Below are positions 48,032 through 58,497 of a stretch of DNA of 64,000 bases, piece after piece. A model generated the notes under the pieces. That model was given only the letters and a program-made list of their open reading frames with translations. It made no database searches and was not told the origin of the DNA. Positions within the stretch are counted from its first letter, which is position 1. Every line of letters starts with the position of its first letter. The stretch comes from Dermatophilaceae bacterium (lineage in GTDB: Bacteria > Actinomycetota > Actinomycetes > Actinomycetales > Dermatophilaceae): positions 258 to 64,257 of the forward strand of contig JBAUUB010000347.1 of NCBI GenBank assembly GCA_049582485.1. The letters run 5' to 3'. The position numbers were made by a program, and so were the translations under genes.

Positions 48032-48835
48032 ATGACCGAGATCCATGAGCGCACCCTCTCGACCGACCGGCGCCGCCAGGTCTGGGTCACCCTGTGCTTC
48101 GTCGCGGGCATCATCGGAGTGCTGTTCGGCGTCGGCGTCCTCGGTGAGCGCGTCGAGGAGAGCCCGGGCGGTGACCTCGCCGCCGATGCCACCCTGCTGG
48201 CGCCCGCATCGCCGGCCTTCTCGATCTGGACCGTCATCTATCTGGGGCTGGCCGCATACACGGTCTATCAGTGGCTGCCCGACCAGACGACCGACCGGCG
48301 GCACCGCGCCATCGGCTGGCTGGCCGGGCTCTCCATGCTGCTCAACGCGGCGTGGCTGCTGGTCACGCAACAGGGCTGGATCTGGTTCAGCGTCGTCGTC
48401 ATCCTCGTGCTCGCCGCCGTCCTGGTCCGTCTCGTGTTCCTGCTGCACACGACACCCTCGTACGGGATCGCCGAGACCCTCGCCGTCGACGCGACCTTCG
48501 GGCTGTACCTGGGGTGGGTCCTCGCCGCGTCCGGGGCGAACGTCGGCGCGGCCCTGTCCTCCTCGGACGCCGGCCCGGGACGGTGGACGGCGGTCGCGCT
48601 CATCGTCGTCGTCACGGTCGTGGGCAGTGCGCTGCTTCGGCTCTTCTCCGGCCGCCTCGCGGTCGCCGCGGCGCTCGCCTGGGGGTTGGCGTGGATCGCG
48701 GTGGGCCGGCTGGTCGACGAGCCCGCGGACCCGGTCGTGGGTCTGGTCGCTGCGGGGTGCGCCGTTGCGGTGCTCTGGGTCGCCGTCGTGAGCCAGGAGC
48801 GTGGCTCGGTGACCGAGGACGGCATCGCCGTCTGA
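48032..48835 (+). CDS. TspO/MBR-related tryptophan-rich membrane protein (tentative)
   Basis: Multi-TM protein. LLAPASPAFSIWTVIYLGLAAYTVYQW resembles actinobacterial TspO-like proteins. Confidence 0.5.
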   Translation: MTEIHERTLSTDRRRQVWVTLCFVAGIIGVLFGVGVLGERVEESPGGDLAADATLLAPASPAFSIWTVIYLGLAAYTVYQWLPDQTTDRRHRAIGWLAGLSMLLNAAWLLVTQQGWIWFSVVVILVLAAVLVRLVFLLHTTPSYGIAETLAVDATFGLYLGWVLAASGANVGAALSSSDAGPGRWTAVALIVVVTVVGSALLRLFSGRLAVAAALAWGLAWIAVGRLVDEPADPVVGLVAAGCAVAVLWVAVVSQERGSVTEDGIAV

Positions 48836-48918
48836 GTCCGCGCCCACCCTGCACGAGGCGGATCCGTCCACCCGCAGCGGGTGTTGCCCGCGGGTGCGGT
48901 CCGGCGGAGTCTCGAGAC

Positions 48919-49575
48919 GTGCAGGATCTGGTCGCCGAGCTCGCCCCCGTCGCCGTCGCGATCGCACTCTCGCCCTTCCCGGTCATCCCGGTGGTCCTGC
49001 TCCTGCTCACCGAGCGTCCGGTACCCAACGGAGGGTCCTTTCTGGCCGGCTGGTTCGGCGGTCTGCTCGGGCTCACCGCGGTGGTGGCACTCCTTGCCGG
49101 GGTGGTCGAGCTGTGGGACGAGGCGCCCAGCTGGGTCGCCTGGGCGAGACTCGCGCTCGGGATGGCCCTCATCGTGTTCGGCGTCCGGTCCTGGTTCGCG
49201 CGGGGCGGCGCCGGCGAGATGCCTGCGTGGATGGCGGCGCTCGACGGATACACCCCGCCGCGATCGGCGCGGCTGGGGCTCCTGCTCGCCGTCGCCAACC
49301 CCAAGTCGGTGCTGCTCGTCCTGGCCGGCGGTCTGACGATCGGCGCGGCGACGCTCGGTCCGGCACGGTCCGCGCTCGCGGTGATCGGCTTCGCGGTCGT
49401 GGCGGCCAGTGCGGTGGCCGTTCCCGTAGTGCTGCGACTCCTGCTCGGGGATCGCGTCGTCGCACCGCTGGAGCGCCTCCGGACATGGCTCATCGAGCAC
49501 AACGACGCCATCGTCGGAGTCGTCCTGCTCGTGCTCGGCGTGCTCCTCGTGCGCGCCGGCTGGTCGGACCTCTGA
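48919..49575 (+). CDS. GAP (DUF2910-like) family membrane protein
   Basis: GTG at 48919. 6-TM LysE-like topology. LSPFPVIPVVLLL N-terminus. Confidence 0.55.
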   Translation: MQDLVAELAPVAVAIALSPFPVIPVVLLLLTERPVPNGGSFLAGWFGGLLGLTAVVALLAGVVELWDEAPSWVAWARLALGMALIVFGVRSWFARGGAGEMPAWMAALDGYTPPRSARLGLLLAVANPKSVLLVLAGGLTIGAATLGPARSALAVIGFAVVAASAVAVPVVLRLLLGDRVVAPLERLRTWLIEHNDAIVGVVLLVLGVLLVRAGWSDL

Positions 49576-49594
49576 CCCTGTGTCGGCCGGAGCG

Positions 49595-49861
49595 TCAGTC
49601 TGCGGGCTTGTCGTACCAGCCGTCGTGCTCAGCCGCGAGCGCCTCGAACCGCTCCCGCAGGCCGTTCTCGGTGGCGGCCCCGGGGTCGTCGACGACATTG
49701 TCCTCGCGCACGCACACCGCCCACTCGACGGCCTCGGCGTCGTCCTCCCCCGCGAGCGCCTCGCGCTCGACCCGGACCTCGGTGAACCCCTCTTCACGCA
49801 GCTCGGCAGCGATGCGCTCGGCCACCTCCCGGTCGGGCAGGACAACGATGTGCTCGGTCAC
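49595..49861 (-). CDS. Hypothetical small acidic protein
   Basis: 88 aa from the GTG at 49861. Coding-like composition. No family recognised. Confidence 0.4.
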   Translation of the reverse strand: MTEHIVVLPDREVAERIAAELREEGFTEVRVEREALAGEDDAEAVEWAVCVREDNVVDDPGAATENGLRERFEALAAEHDGWYDKPAD

Positions 49862-50097
49862 GGGTCGTACTGTGCCACAGCGCACGCCGACCAGAGCGCA
49901 CGCCGACCGCAGCCTCGCCGCACACCTCCGCGCAGGTGAGCACCGCATACCGCACCACAATCTCAGCCACCGGGCTTATCAATGTCTGTCATTGGGGTTA
50001 TGGTCGAAGGACCGGTGCTGTTCAGCGGCTCCGGCTGTTCGTGTTCCCGTCGGACGCGAAGCACCGTTCCAGCGCAGCAGTCGAGGAGGTCGAGCCC

Positions 50098-51681
50098 ATG
50101 GCCCCGCGTCGCCCCGTCGTCGCCGCCGCGGCGACCGCCCTCGCGCTCGGACTCGCCATCGCTCCGGCGAGTGCCGCCACCGACGTCGCGACCCAGGGGC
50201 CGGATCCACGCGACCTCGCCTCCCTCGTCAGGACCGACGCACTGCTCGACCATCTCGAGGAGCTCCAGGCGATCGCCGACGCGAGCGACGGCAACCGGGC
50301 GGCGGGCACCGACGGCTATGAGGGGTCGGTGCGCTATGTCGAGCGCCGGCTGGCCGAGGCAGGCTACGAGACGTGGCGGCAGACGGTTCCGCTGACCGTC
50401 GAGGAGACGGTGTCCTCCTCCGTCGAGTACACGATCGACCGCACCACCCGTGTGGTGCGGCACCTGCCGATGACCGCCAGCCCCGGGACCGGTCCGGAGG
50501 GCGTGAGCGGTGCCGTGGTGAGCCCGTCGGGGCGGAGCACCGGATGCCTGCCCCGTGACTGGCGCGACACCGAGGTGTCCGGGGCCATCGCGCTCGTCTC
50601 CCGCGGTTCCTGCACCTTCGACGCGAAGTCGCGGGTCGCGGCGGCGGCCGGCGCGAGCGCGCTCATCGTCCACAACAGCACCGCGGGCCAGCTGAACGGC
50701 ACGCTCAGGACGTCGGACCGCCACGTGCCGACCGTGGGAGTGACGATGGACGCGGGCCGGGTCCTCGCCGGGCTGCGCGACGGGGCGGTGGTCACCGTGG
50801 TCGTCGACAAGGTCGTCGAGCAGCGCGAGACCGTCAACCTGTTCGCCGAGACCGGCTCCGGTCGAGCCGAGGGCGTCGTCCTGGTCGGAGCCCACCTCGA
50901 CAGCGACTCCGACAGCCCGGGCATCAACGACAACGGCACCGGCAGCGTCGCCGTCCTCGAGACCGCGCTGCAGCTGGCCGACGCCGAGCCCCTCGACCGC
51001 ACGGTCCGCTTCGCGTGGTGGGGCGGCGGCGAGATCGGCCGCGCCGGGTCACGGCACTACGTCGACGACCTCGCAGAGACCGATCCCGAGGCGCTCGAGC
51101 AGATCACCGCCTACCTCGACGTGCACCGGATCGGCTCCCCCAACGGCATCGTCGGCGTCTACGACGCCGACGCGTCCACGTACCCCGCACCCGGCACCGC
51201 GCCCTCGGGCGCCCGGGACGCCGAGCGGGTGATCGCCGACCGGTTCGACTCGACCGGTCAACCGTGGGTGGATGTGCCCTTCGCCGCCGCCGGCGACCAC
51301 CGACCGTTCGCCCGGGCGGGCGTTCCGGTGGCCGGCCTGACAGCCGGCGCCGACGGCACCAAGTCGCCTGACGACGCGGCGGTCTTCGGTGGCACTGCGG
51401 GGCTTGCCTACGACCCCAACCACGACACGGTGGCCGACGATGTCGACAACGTCGATCCGGACACCCTGTCGGTCCTCGCCCAGACGGTGGCGCACGCGAC
51501 GGCCGTGCTGGCGACGGACCCCGACCTCGAGGACGTCCGCGACCTGCTGCCGACCGAGCCGCCGGCCGCCGGGTCGATCGAGGATGCCGGCGGCGCTGCG
51601 GGCGACGCGACCGACGACCCTGCGGACGGGCCCGTGGACGCACCGGCACCGGAGCGCGCCGAGACCGACGGCGACGACTGA
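50098..51681 (+). CDS. Secreted M28 family aminopeptidase with PA domain
   Basis: Signal peptide, PA insert, GAHLDS and NDNGTGS metal-ligand motifs, and an acidic tail. GAGGAGG RBS. Confidence 0.8.
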   Translation: MAPRRPVVAAAATALALGLAIAPASAATDVATQGPDPRDLASLVRTDALLDHLEELQAIADASDGNRAAGTDGYEGSVRYVERRLAEAGYETWRQTVPLTVEETVSSSVEYTIDRTTRVVRHLPMTASPGTGPEGVSGAVVSPSGRSTGCLPRDWRDTEVSGAIALVSRGSCTFDAKSRVAAAAGASALIVHNSTAGQLNGTLRTSDRHVPTVGVTMDAGRVLAGLRDGAVVTVVVDKVVEQRETVNLFAETGSGRAEGVVLVGAHLDSDSDSPGINDNGTGSVAVLETALQLADAEPLDRTVRFAWWGGGEIGRAGSRHYVDDLAETDPEALEQITAYLDVHRIGSPNGIVGVYDADASTYPAPGTAPSGARDAERVIADRFDSTGQPWVDVPFAAAGDHRPFARAGVPVAGLTAGADGTKSPDDAAVFGGTAGLAYDPNHDTVADDVDNVDPDTLSVLAQTVAHATAVLATDPDLEDVRDLLPTEPPAAGSIEDAGGAAGDATDDPADGPVDAPAPERAETDGDD

Positions 51682-51697
51682 CGGACCCGCCGAGCCC

Positions 51698-53083
51698 TCA
51701 GCGCCGGGACAGGAGCACCAGCGACTCCGTGGCGTCGGCGGTCTGCGGGCGCAGGTCCCAGTCGCGGAACACGGCGTCGGGCACCAGGCCCGCCGACAGG
51801 AAGTCGTCCCTGAAGGCGTGGTAGCCGTAGTCGTCGTCGAGGTTGAACTCCACGACGGCCCGACCCTGCGGCGCCAGACACCGCGAGATCCGACGCAGCA
51901 CCTCGCTCCGCTCACCGGGATCCATGCCCGTCAGCGGGGCGTCGGCCCAGACCGCCACGTCGAACGGCGCGGTCTCCCCGAGCCGATCCAGCGAAAGCGA
52001 CGTGAACGGCGCGGGCACCCACGCCACACCGGTCGCCTCCGAGCTGCCGGCCACCTCGGCGAGCAGCTCCTCGGACGGGTCGACGACCATGACCCGGTGG
52101 CCGACGGCGCCGAGATCACGCGCCAGCCGGCCGGAGCCGCAGCCGACGACGAGGACCCGACCACGACCACCGAGCATGACGTCGACGAGCTTGGCCTCAC
52201 GGCCGGTCACCCCTCCGGCGCCGCCGCCACCGGGGTCGGTCCCCCCCGTCGCCGGGATCGTCACCTCTCCCACGGGCACGCCGAGAGCGATGGCGACCTC
52301 CTGGGCCGAGGCCGGGCGGTCCTTGGGCTCCTTGGCCAGGCATCGGGAGATCACGTCGAGCAGGTCGGTGGGGACGGCCGCGGGCAGGGTGGGCATCGGC
52401 TCCGAGATGTGCGCCAGTGCGGTCGCGACCGGTGTGTCGAGGTCGAAGGGCCGTCGACCGGTGAGCATCTCGTGGGCCACCACACCGAGCGCGTAGAGGT
52501 CGCTGGCCGCGGTCGCCGCCCGCCCCAGCGCCTGCTCCGGGCTGAGGTAGTGCGGCGTCCCGAGCATCTCGCCGGTCCGGGTCAGCCCGGTCGAGCCCGT
52601 CGCGCGAGCGATGCCGAAGTCGGTGAGCTTGACGACGCCGTCGTCCGTGAGCATGACGTTGGCGGGCTTGACGTCGCGGTGCACGACTCCGGCCTCGTGC
52701 GCGGCATGGAGGGCGAGCGCCATCTGTCCGATGATCGAGCGCACCTCGACGACATCGAAGCCGCCGCGGTCGCGGATGGCCGCGGACAGCGGAACGCCCT
52801 CGACGAACTCCATGACGAGGTAGGCGATGCTGTCATGGCTGCCGTAGTCGAAGAGCGTGGCGATGTTGTGGTGCGACAGCCCTGCGGTGAGCATCGCCTC
52901 CTCGCGGAAGCGCTGGGCGAAGACCGGCTCGTTGGTGCTGTCCGGTCGCATGATCTTGACGGCGACGACCCGGCCCAGCACCTCGTCGCGGGCTCGCCAG
53001 ACATCGCCCATCCCTCCGTGGGCGACGAACGTCTCGAGCAGGTATCGGTCCCCGAGGAGGTATCCCTCATGGAAGCGCTTCAC
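51698..53083 (-). CDS. Ser/Thr protein kinase fused to a class I SAM-dependent methyltransferase domain
   Basis: Kinase motifs VAVK, HRDVKPANV, DFG and SPE in the first ~270 aa. Gly-rich linker. Then VLVVGCGSGRLARDL (SAM motif I) and a methyltransferase-like C-terminus. No TM segment. Confidence 0.85.
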   Translation of the reverse strand: MKRFHEGYLLGDRYLLETFVAHGGMGDVWRARDEVLGRVVAVKIMRPDSTNEPVFAQRFREEAMLTAGLSHHNIATLFDYGSHDSIAYLVMEFVEGVPLSAAIRDRGGFDVVEVRSIIGQMALALHAAHEAGVVHRDVKPANVMLTDDGVVKLTDFGIARATGSTGLTRTGEMLGTPHYLSPEQALGRAATAASDLYALGVVAHEMLTGRRPFDLDTPVATALAHISEPMPTLPAAVPTDLLDVISRCLAKEPKDRPASAQEVAIALGVPVGEVTIPATGGTDPGGGGAGGVTGREAKLVDVMLGGRGRVLVVGCGSGRLARDLGAVGHRVMVVDPSEELLAEVAGSSEATGVAWVPAPFTSLSLDRLGETAPFDVAVWADAPLTGMDPGERSEVLRRISRCLAPQGRAVVEFNLDDDYGYHAFRDDFLSAGLVPDAVFRDWDLRPQTADATESLVLLSRR

Positions 53084-53167
53084 GGGGTCCTCTCAACACG
53101 CATGGCCTAAGCATATGCGCAGGTGGGAGGGTGTCCTGACGCACACCGAGGAGAGGCGGGGGCCGGG

Positions 53168-53632
53168 TCAGCCGGACCAGTGGCGGCCGCTCGGGTCCCA
53201 GAGCACGAGTGCCCGGGACTCGCGCCGGCGTGGCCGCTCGCCGGGGCGGGTGGCGTAGATGTCGCCCGACGGCGAGACGGAGAAGATGCGGTGCGTATGC
53301 GGTGCGCGCGTGGCCCGCAGCTGCTCGCCGAGGTCGGCGAGCCGGTCCTCGAGCTCGGCGACCCGCTGCTCGAGCTCGAGGATACGGGCGATACCGGACA
53401 GGCTCACGCCCTCCTGGGACAACCGTTGGATCTCCCGGAGCTGGCTGACGTCGCGGCTGGAGTAGCGGCGCCCGCCGCCGCGCGTGCGTGAGGGGGTCAC
53501 GAGCCCGAGCCGGTCGTACTGGCGCAGGGTCTGCGCGTGCATGCCCGCCAGCTCGGCGGCGACGGAGATGACGAACACGGGTGTCTCGTCGTCCGGGTCG
53601 AAGGACGAGGCCGTGAAGCGCAGTGGAGTCAT
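53168..53632 (-). CDS. hspR: MerR-family heat-shock repressor HspR
   Basis: FVISVAAELAGMHAQTLRQYDRLGLVTPSRTRGGGRRYS, and it is the last gene of the dnaK operon. Confidence 0.85.
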   Translation of the reverse strand: MTPLRFTASSFDPDDETPVFVISVAAELAGMHAQTLRQYDRLGLVTPSRTRGGGRRYSSRDVSQLREIQRLSQEGVSLSGIARILELEQRVAELEDRLADLGEQLRATRAPHTHRIFSVSPSGDIYATRPGERPRRRESRALVLWDPSGRHWSG

Positions 53633-53641
53633 CGCCGGCTC

Positions 53642-54688
53642 CTACCGACGGGCCTTCTCGGCGAGCTCGGCCCGGGGGTCGGTGTCGCCGAGCTGGTCGC
53701 GCAGTGACTCGAGCGTGGCCCGAGCCTCGTCCGAGATCTCCGTGGGGACGGTGACCGTCACCTTGACGAGGAGGTCGCCGCTTCCTCTCGTCGACGTGAC
53801 GCCCCGCCCCTTGACGCGCAGGACCCGTCCGCTCGGGGTCCCGGCCGGGATCTTGACGCGCACCGACCCACCGTCGAGGGTCGGCACACTGACGGTGGCG
53901 CCGAGGGCGGCCTCGTGGAAGGTGACCGGCAGGTCGATCGTCAGGTTGTCGCCCTCGCGACCGAAGACGGGGTGCTTGTCGACGGACACCTTGAGGAGCA
54001 GGTCGCCGCGGTCGGCGCCGGGGTCACCACGCTCACCCTTGCCGCGCAGCCGGATGGTCTGTCCGTCCTTGACCCCGGCGGGGATACGGGTGGTGACCGT
54101 CTCGCCGCCACCGGTGCGCAGGGTGACCGTGGACCCCTCGACGGCGTCGCGGAACGCGAGGGTCGTGCGGGCCTCGACGTCACGGCCCTTGCGGGGACCA
54201 CGCGGTGCTCCGTAGGCGTCGAACCCGCCCGGCGGTGCCCCTGCCCGTTGCGCGGCGCCGCCGCCGAACATCTGAGCCAGGATGTCGTTGATGTCGGCCC
54301 CCTGGGCCCCCTGGGCGCCACCGCCGTAGGCGGGACCGCCCGTGGAGAAACGCACGCCCGGGCCGCCGCCTCCTCCTCCGAAGGCGGAGAAGATGTCCTC
54401 GAAGCCGCCCGCTCCGCCGGCGGGACCACCGGCCGTGAACCGTGCACCGCCTCGGACCATCTGCCGGATGGCGTCGTACTCCTTGCGCTGCTCCTTGTCG
54501 GAGAGGACGGAGTGGGCCTCACCGACGTCCTTGAACTTCTGCTCTGCCGCGGCGTCGCCCGGGTTCTTGTCCGGGTGGTACCGCCGGGCGAGCTTGCGGT
54601 AGGCCTTCTTGATCTGCGCGTCATCGGCGTCGGAGGGGACGCCCAGGATCGCGTAGAAGTCCTTGTCGAGCCAGTCCTGACTCGCCAT
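53642..54688 (-). CDS. dnaJ: J-domain co-chaperone DnaJ (no zinc-finger region)
   Basis: J domain with HPD, G/F-rich linker and two C-terminal beta domains. The protein contains no cysteine at all. Confidence 0.85.
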   Translation of the reverse strand: MASQDWLDKDFYAILGVPSDADDAQIKKAYRKLARRYHPDKNPGDAAAEQKFKDVGEAHSVLSDKEQRKEYDAIRQMVRGGARFTAGGPAGGAGGFEDIFSAFGGGGGGPGVRFSTGGPAYGGGAQGAQGADINDILAQMFGGGAAQRAGAPPGGFDAYGAPRGPRKGRDVEARTTLAFRDAVEGSTVTLRTGGGETVTTRIPAGVKDGQTIRLRGKGERGDPGADRGDLLLKVSVDKHPVFGREGDNLTIDLPVTFHEAALGATVSVPTLDGGSVRVKIPAGTPSGRVLRVKGRGVTSTRGSGDLLVKVTVTVPTEISDEARATLESLRDQLGDTDPRAELAEKARR

Positions 54689-54718
54689 CGGCGTCTCCTC
54701 CTCTCGTCGACGAACGGA

Positions 54719-55449
54719 TCAGCTCGGGTCGGCCACGGACACGCGCGCCGGACGGATGACCCGATGACCTGTACGGTAGCCCGGCTGAAGGACCTGGACG
54801 ATCGTCGTGGCGGACGCGTCGACCGGGGTGATCGACCCGTCCCACTCGGCATGGAGCAGGGCTTCGTGGACGGTCGGGTCGAACGCCTCGCCCGGCGTGC
54901 CGTAGCGCTCCAGACCGAACTTGCCCAGGCTGTTCTCGAGCTTGTCGGCGATCGACGCGAACGGACCGTCGGTGAGGTCACCGTGCTCGCGCGCTGCGTG
55001 GATGTCGTCGAGGACCGGGAGCAGCGAGTCGAGCACGTCGGCGATGACCCGCTCCTGGACCAGGGCCCGGTCGCGGTCGACGCGTCGCTTGTAGTTGACG
55101 TACTCGGCCTGCAGGCGCTGCAGGTCGGCGAGGCGCTCCCGGGCCACGAGGCTGTCGGGATGCTCGCCACCGGTCGCGTCAGCACCCGTGGAGTCGTTGA
55201 CCGCCTCGGTGTTCACGTCGTCGGTGTTCACCTCGTCAGTGCCTCCGTCGGTGCCCGGGTCGTCGACGACCTCGCCCGAGATGGGGTCGGCGTCACTCGG
55301 TCCGGGCTCCGTCGGCGTCGACTGGTCGATCGCCTCGGCGGGCGGAACCTCCTGCGCCTCCGCCGACCCGGGGTCCGGGGTCACCTCGTCGGTGACCCCG
55401 GAGCCGGGCTCGGTGGGAGCGGCCGAGGTCGTGTCGTCGGGACGCTCGG

Positions 55450-55453
<4 letters not shown>
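54719..55453 (-). CDS. grpE: Nucleotide exchange factor GrpE
   Basis: Acidic N-terminus, then [11 protein letters not shown] and the GrpE core. The GTG overlaps the dnaK stop (GTGA). Confidence 0.9.
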
Positions 55454-57342
<1,889 letters not shown>

Positions 57343-57362
57343 GAGTGGTTCTCCTTTGAGAA

Positions 57363-57383
57363 GTTGAGTTGGCTGCACTCAAG
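57363..57383. promoter_or_regulatory. HspR operator (HAIR 1) upstream of dnaK
   Basis: GTTGAGT-TGGCTGC-ACTCAAG. Confidence 0.7.
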
Positions 57384-57425
57384 TTAGGCCGTGAGAGGTA
57401 TGCGGTGCAAACCCGCGCGGCTGAA

Positions 57426-57446
57426 CTTGCGTCCGACACACTCAAC
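57426..57446. promoter_or_regulatory. HspR operator (HAIR 2, degenerate left arm) upstream of dnaK
   Basis: CTTGCGT-CCGACAC-ACTCAAC. Confidence 0.55.
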
Positions 57447-57495
57447 TTTGCGTCGCGTCGCTCCTATTCCCGCGGTGCGGCACAGGAGGCCGGCT

Positions 57496-57635
57496 GCGTG
57501 ACCCTTGCTCGCTGGGGCGCCGGTTGTTCCGCCAGTCGCGGCATCCTTCGTGGTTCGCGGGCAATTGCGGTCGCCCGGGGGACTACTCATCGTGGGACGG
57601 AGCCAAGGTCGCGCCACGGAGGGACCGTCTGCCGC
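57496..57635 (+). repeat. Interspersed repeat family 2, copy R4
   Basis: Left arm GCGTGACCCTTGCTCGC, core GCAATTGCGGTCGCC, right arm GACGGAGCCAAGGTCGCGCC. Confidence 0.5.
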
Positions 57636-57666
57636 GGCGGTCCGCGCGGGGCGCCATGATGGAGCC

Positions 57667-57996
57667 ATGACCGTGGTCAAGATCAACGCCATCACCGTCG
57701 GTGCGGACAGCGGGGACGAGCTCGCTCGGCGGTTCGCCGCCCGAGCGGGTGCGGTCGACGGGCAGGACGGCTTCGAGGGGTTCGAGCTGCTCAGACCCAC
57801 CGACGACCGCCTCACCTGGCTCGTCGTGACCCGCTGGCGCGACGATGAGTCGTTCCAGGCCTGGCTGTCCTCCCGCGAGTTCGGGGCCGCACACGGCGAG
57901 CGGGGTCCGGCCGACGAAGGAACACGGCCGTCTGGGACGAAGCCACCCGTGGGGCTGAGCGCCGAGCTGTGGGCCTACGAGGTCGTCGACCTCTGA
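57667..57996 (+). CDS. ABM-domain monooxygenase, MhuD/IsdG-like (heme-degrading type)
   Basis: MTVVKINAITV...FEGFELLRP...VVTRWRDDESFQAW closely parallels the mycobacterial MhuD pattern. Confidence 0.7.
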   Translation: MTVVKINAITVGADSGDELARRFAARAGAVDGQDGFEGFELLRPTDDRLTWLVVTRWRDDESFQAWLSSREFGAAHGERGPADEGTRPSGTKPPVGLSAELWAYEVVDL

Positions 57997-58074
57997 CGGC
58001 AATCTCTGCGGCCGACGCGCTCATCTGCGCCCGCTGCGCACCTGCGCCCGACAGGGAGCGGATAACGTCGTCCC

Positions 58075-58497
58075 ATGTCATCGCGCCGACCCGGTGAGCC
58101 CCTCGCCCGCAGCTCCGCGCGCCTCGTCGAGGAGGCGAGCGCGGAGGTGACAGCGCTCCCGCCCGAACGCGTCGCCGAGCTCCTCGACGACCCCGACCAC
58201 CTCGTCGTCGACATCCGGGACCCGCGCGAGCTGGAGCGCGAGGGGATGGTGCCCGGCGCATACCGCGCCCCCCGGGGCATGCTCGAGTTCTGGGTCGACC
58301 CGCAGAGTCCGTACTACAAACCCGCACTCGACGACGGCCGCACGCTCGTCCTGTACTGCGGGAGTGCCTGGCGCTCCGCGCTCGCGGCCAAGGCCCTGGC
58401 CGAGATGGGGCGCGACGACGTCGTTCACCTCGAGGGCGGCTTCACCGCGTGGCGGGCCGCCGGTCTGCCGGTGGAGGCGTACGCACCGCGCCGCTAG
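58075..58497 (+). CDS. Rhodanese-like domain protein
   Basis: Single rhodanese fold with a YCGSAWRS active-site loop. Confidence 0.75.
   Translation: MSSRRPGEPLARSSARLVEEASAEVTALPPERVAELLDDPDHLVVDIRDPRELEREGMVPGAYRAPRGMLEFWVDPQSPYYKPALDDGRTLVLYCGSAWRSALAAKALAEMGRDDVVHLEGGFTAWRAAGLPVEAYAPRR

Noticed and set aside
58494-58497. Overlapping convergent stop codons (CTAG) of the rhodanese and CNNM genes as a regulatory feature
   Set aside because: It is a palindromic TAG/CTA coincidence, common in compact genomes. No associated structure was seen.
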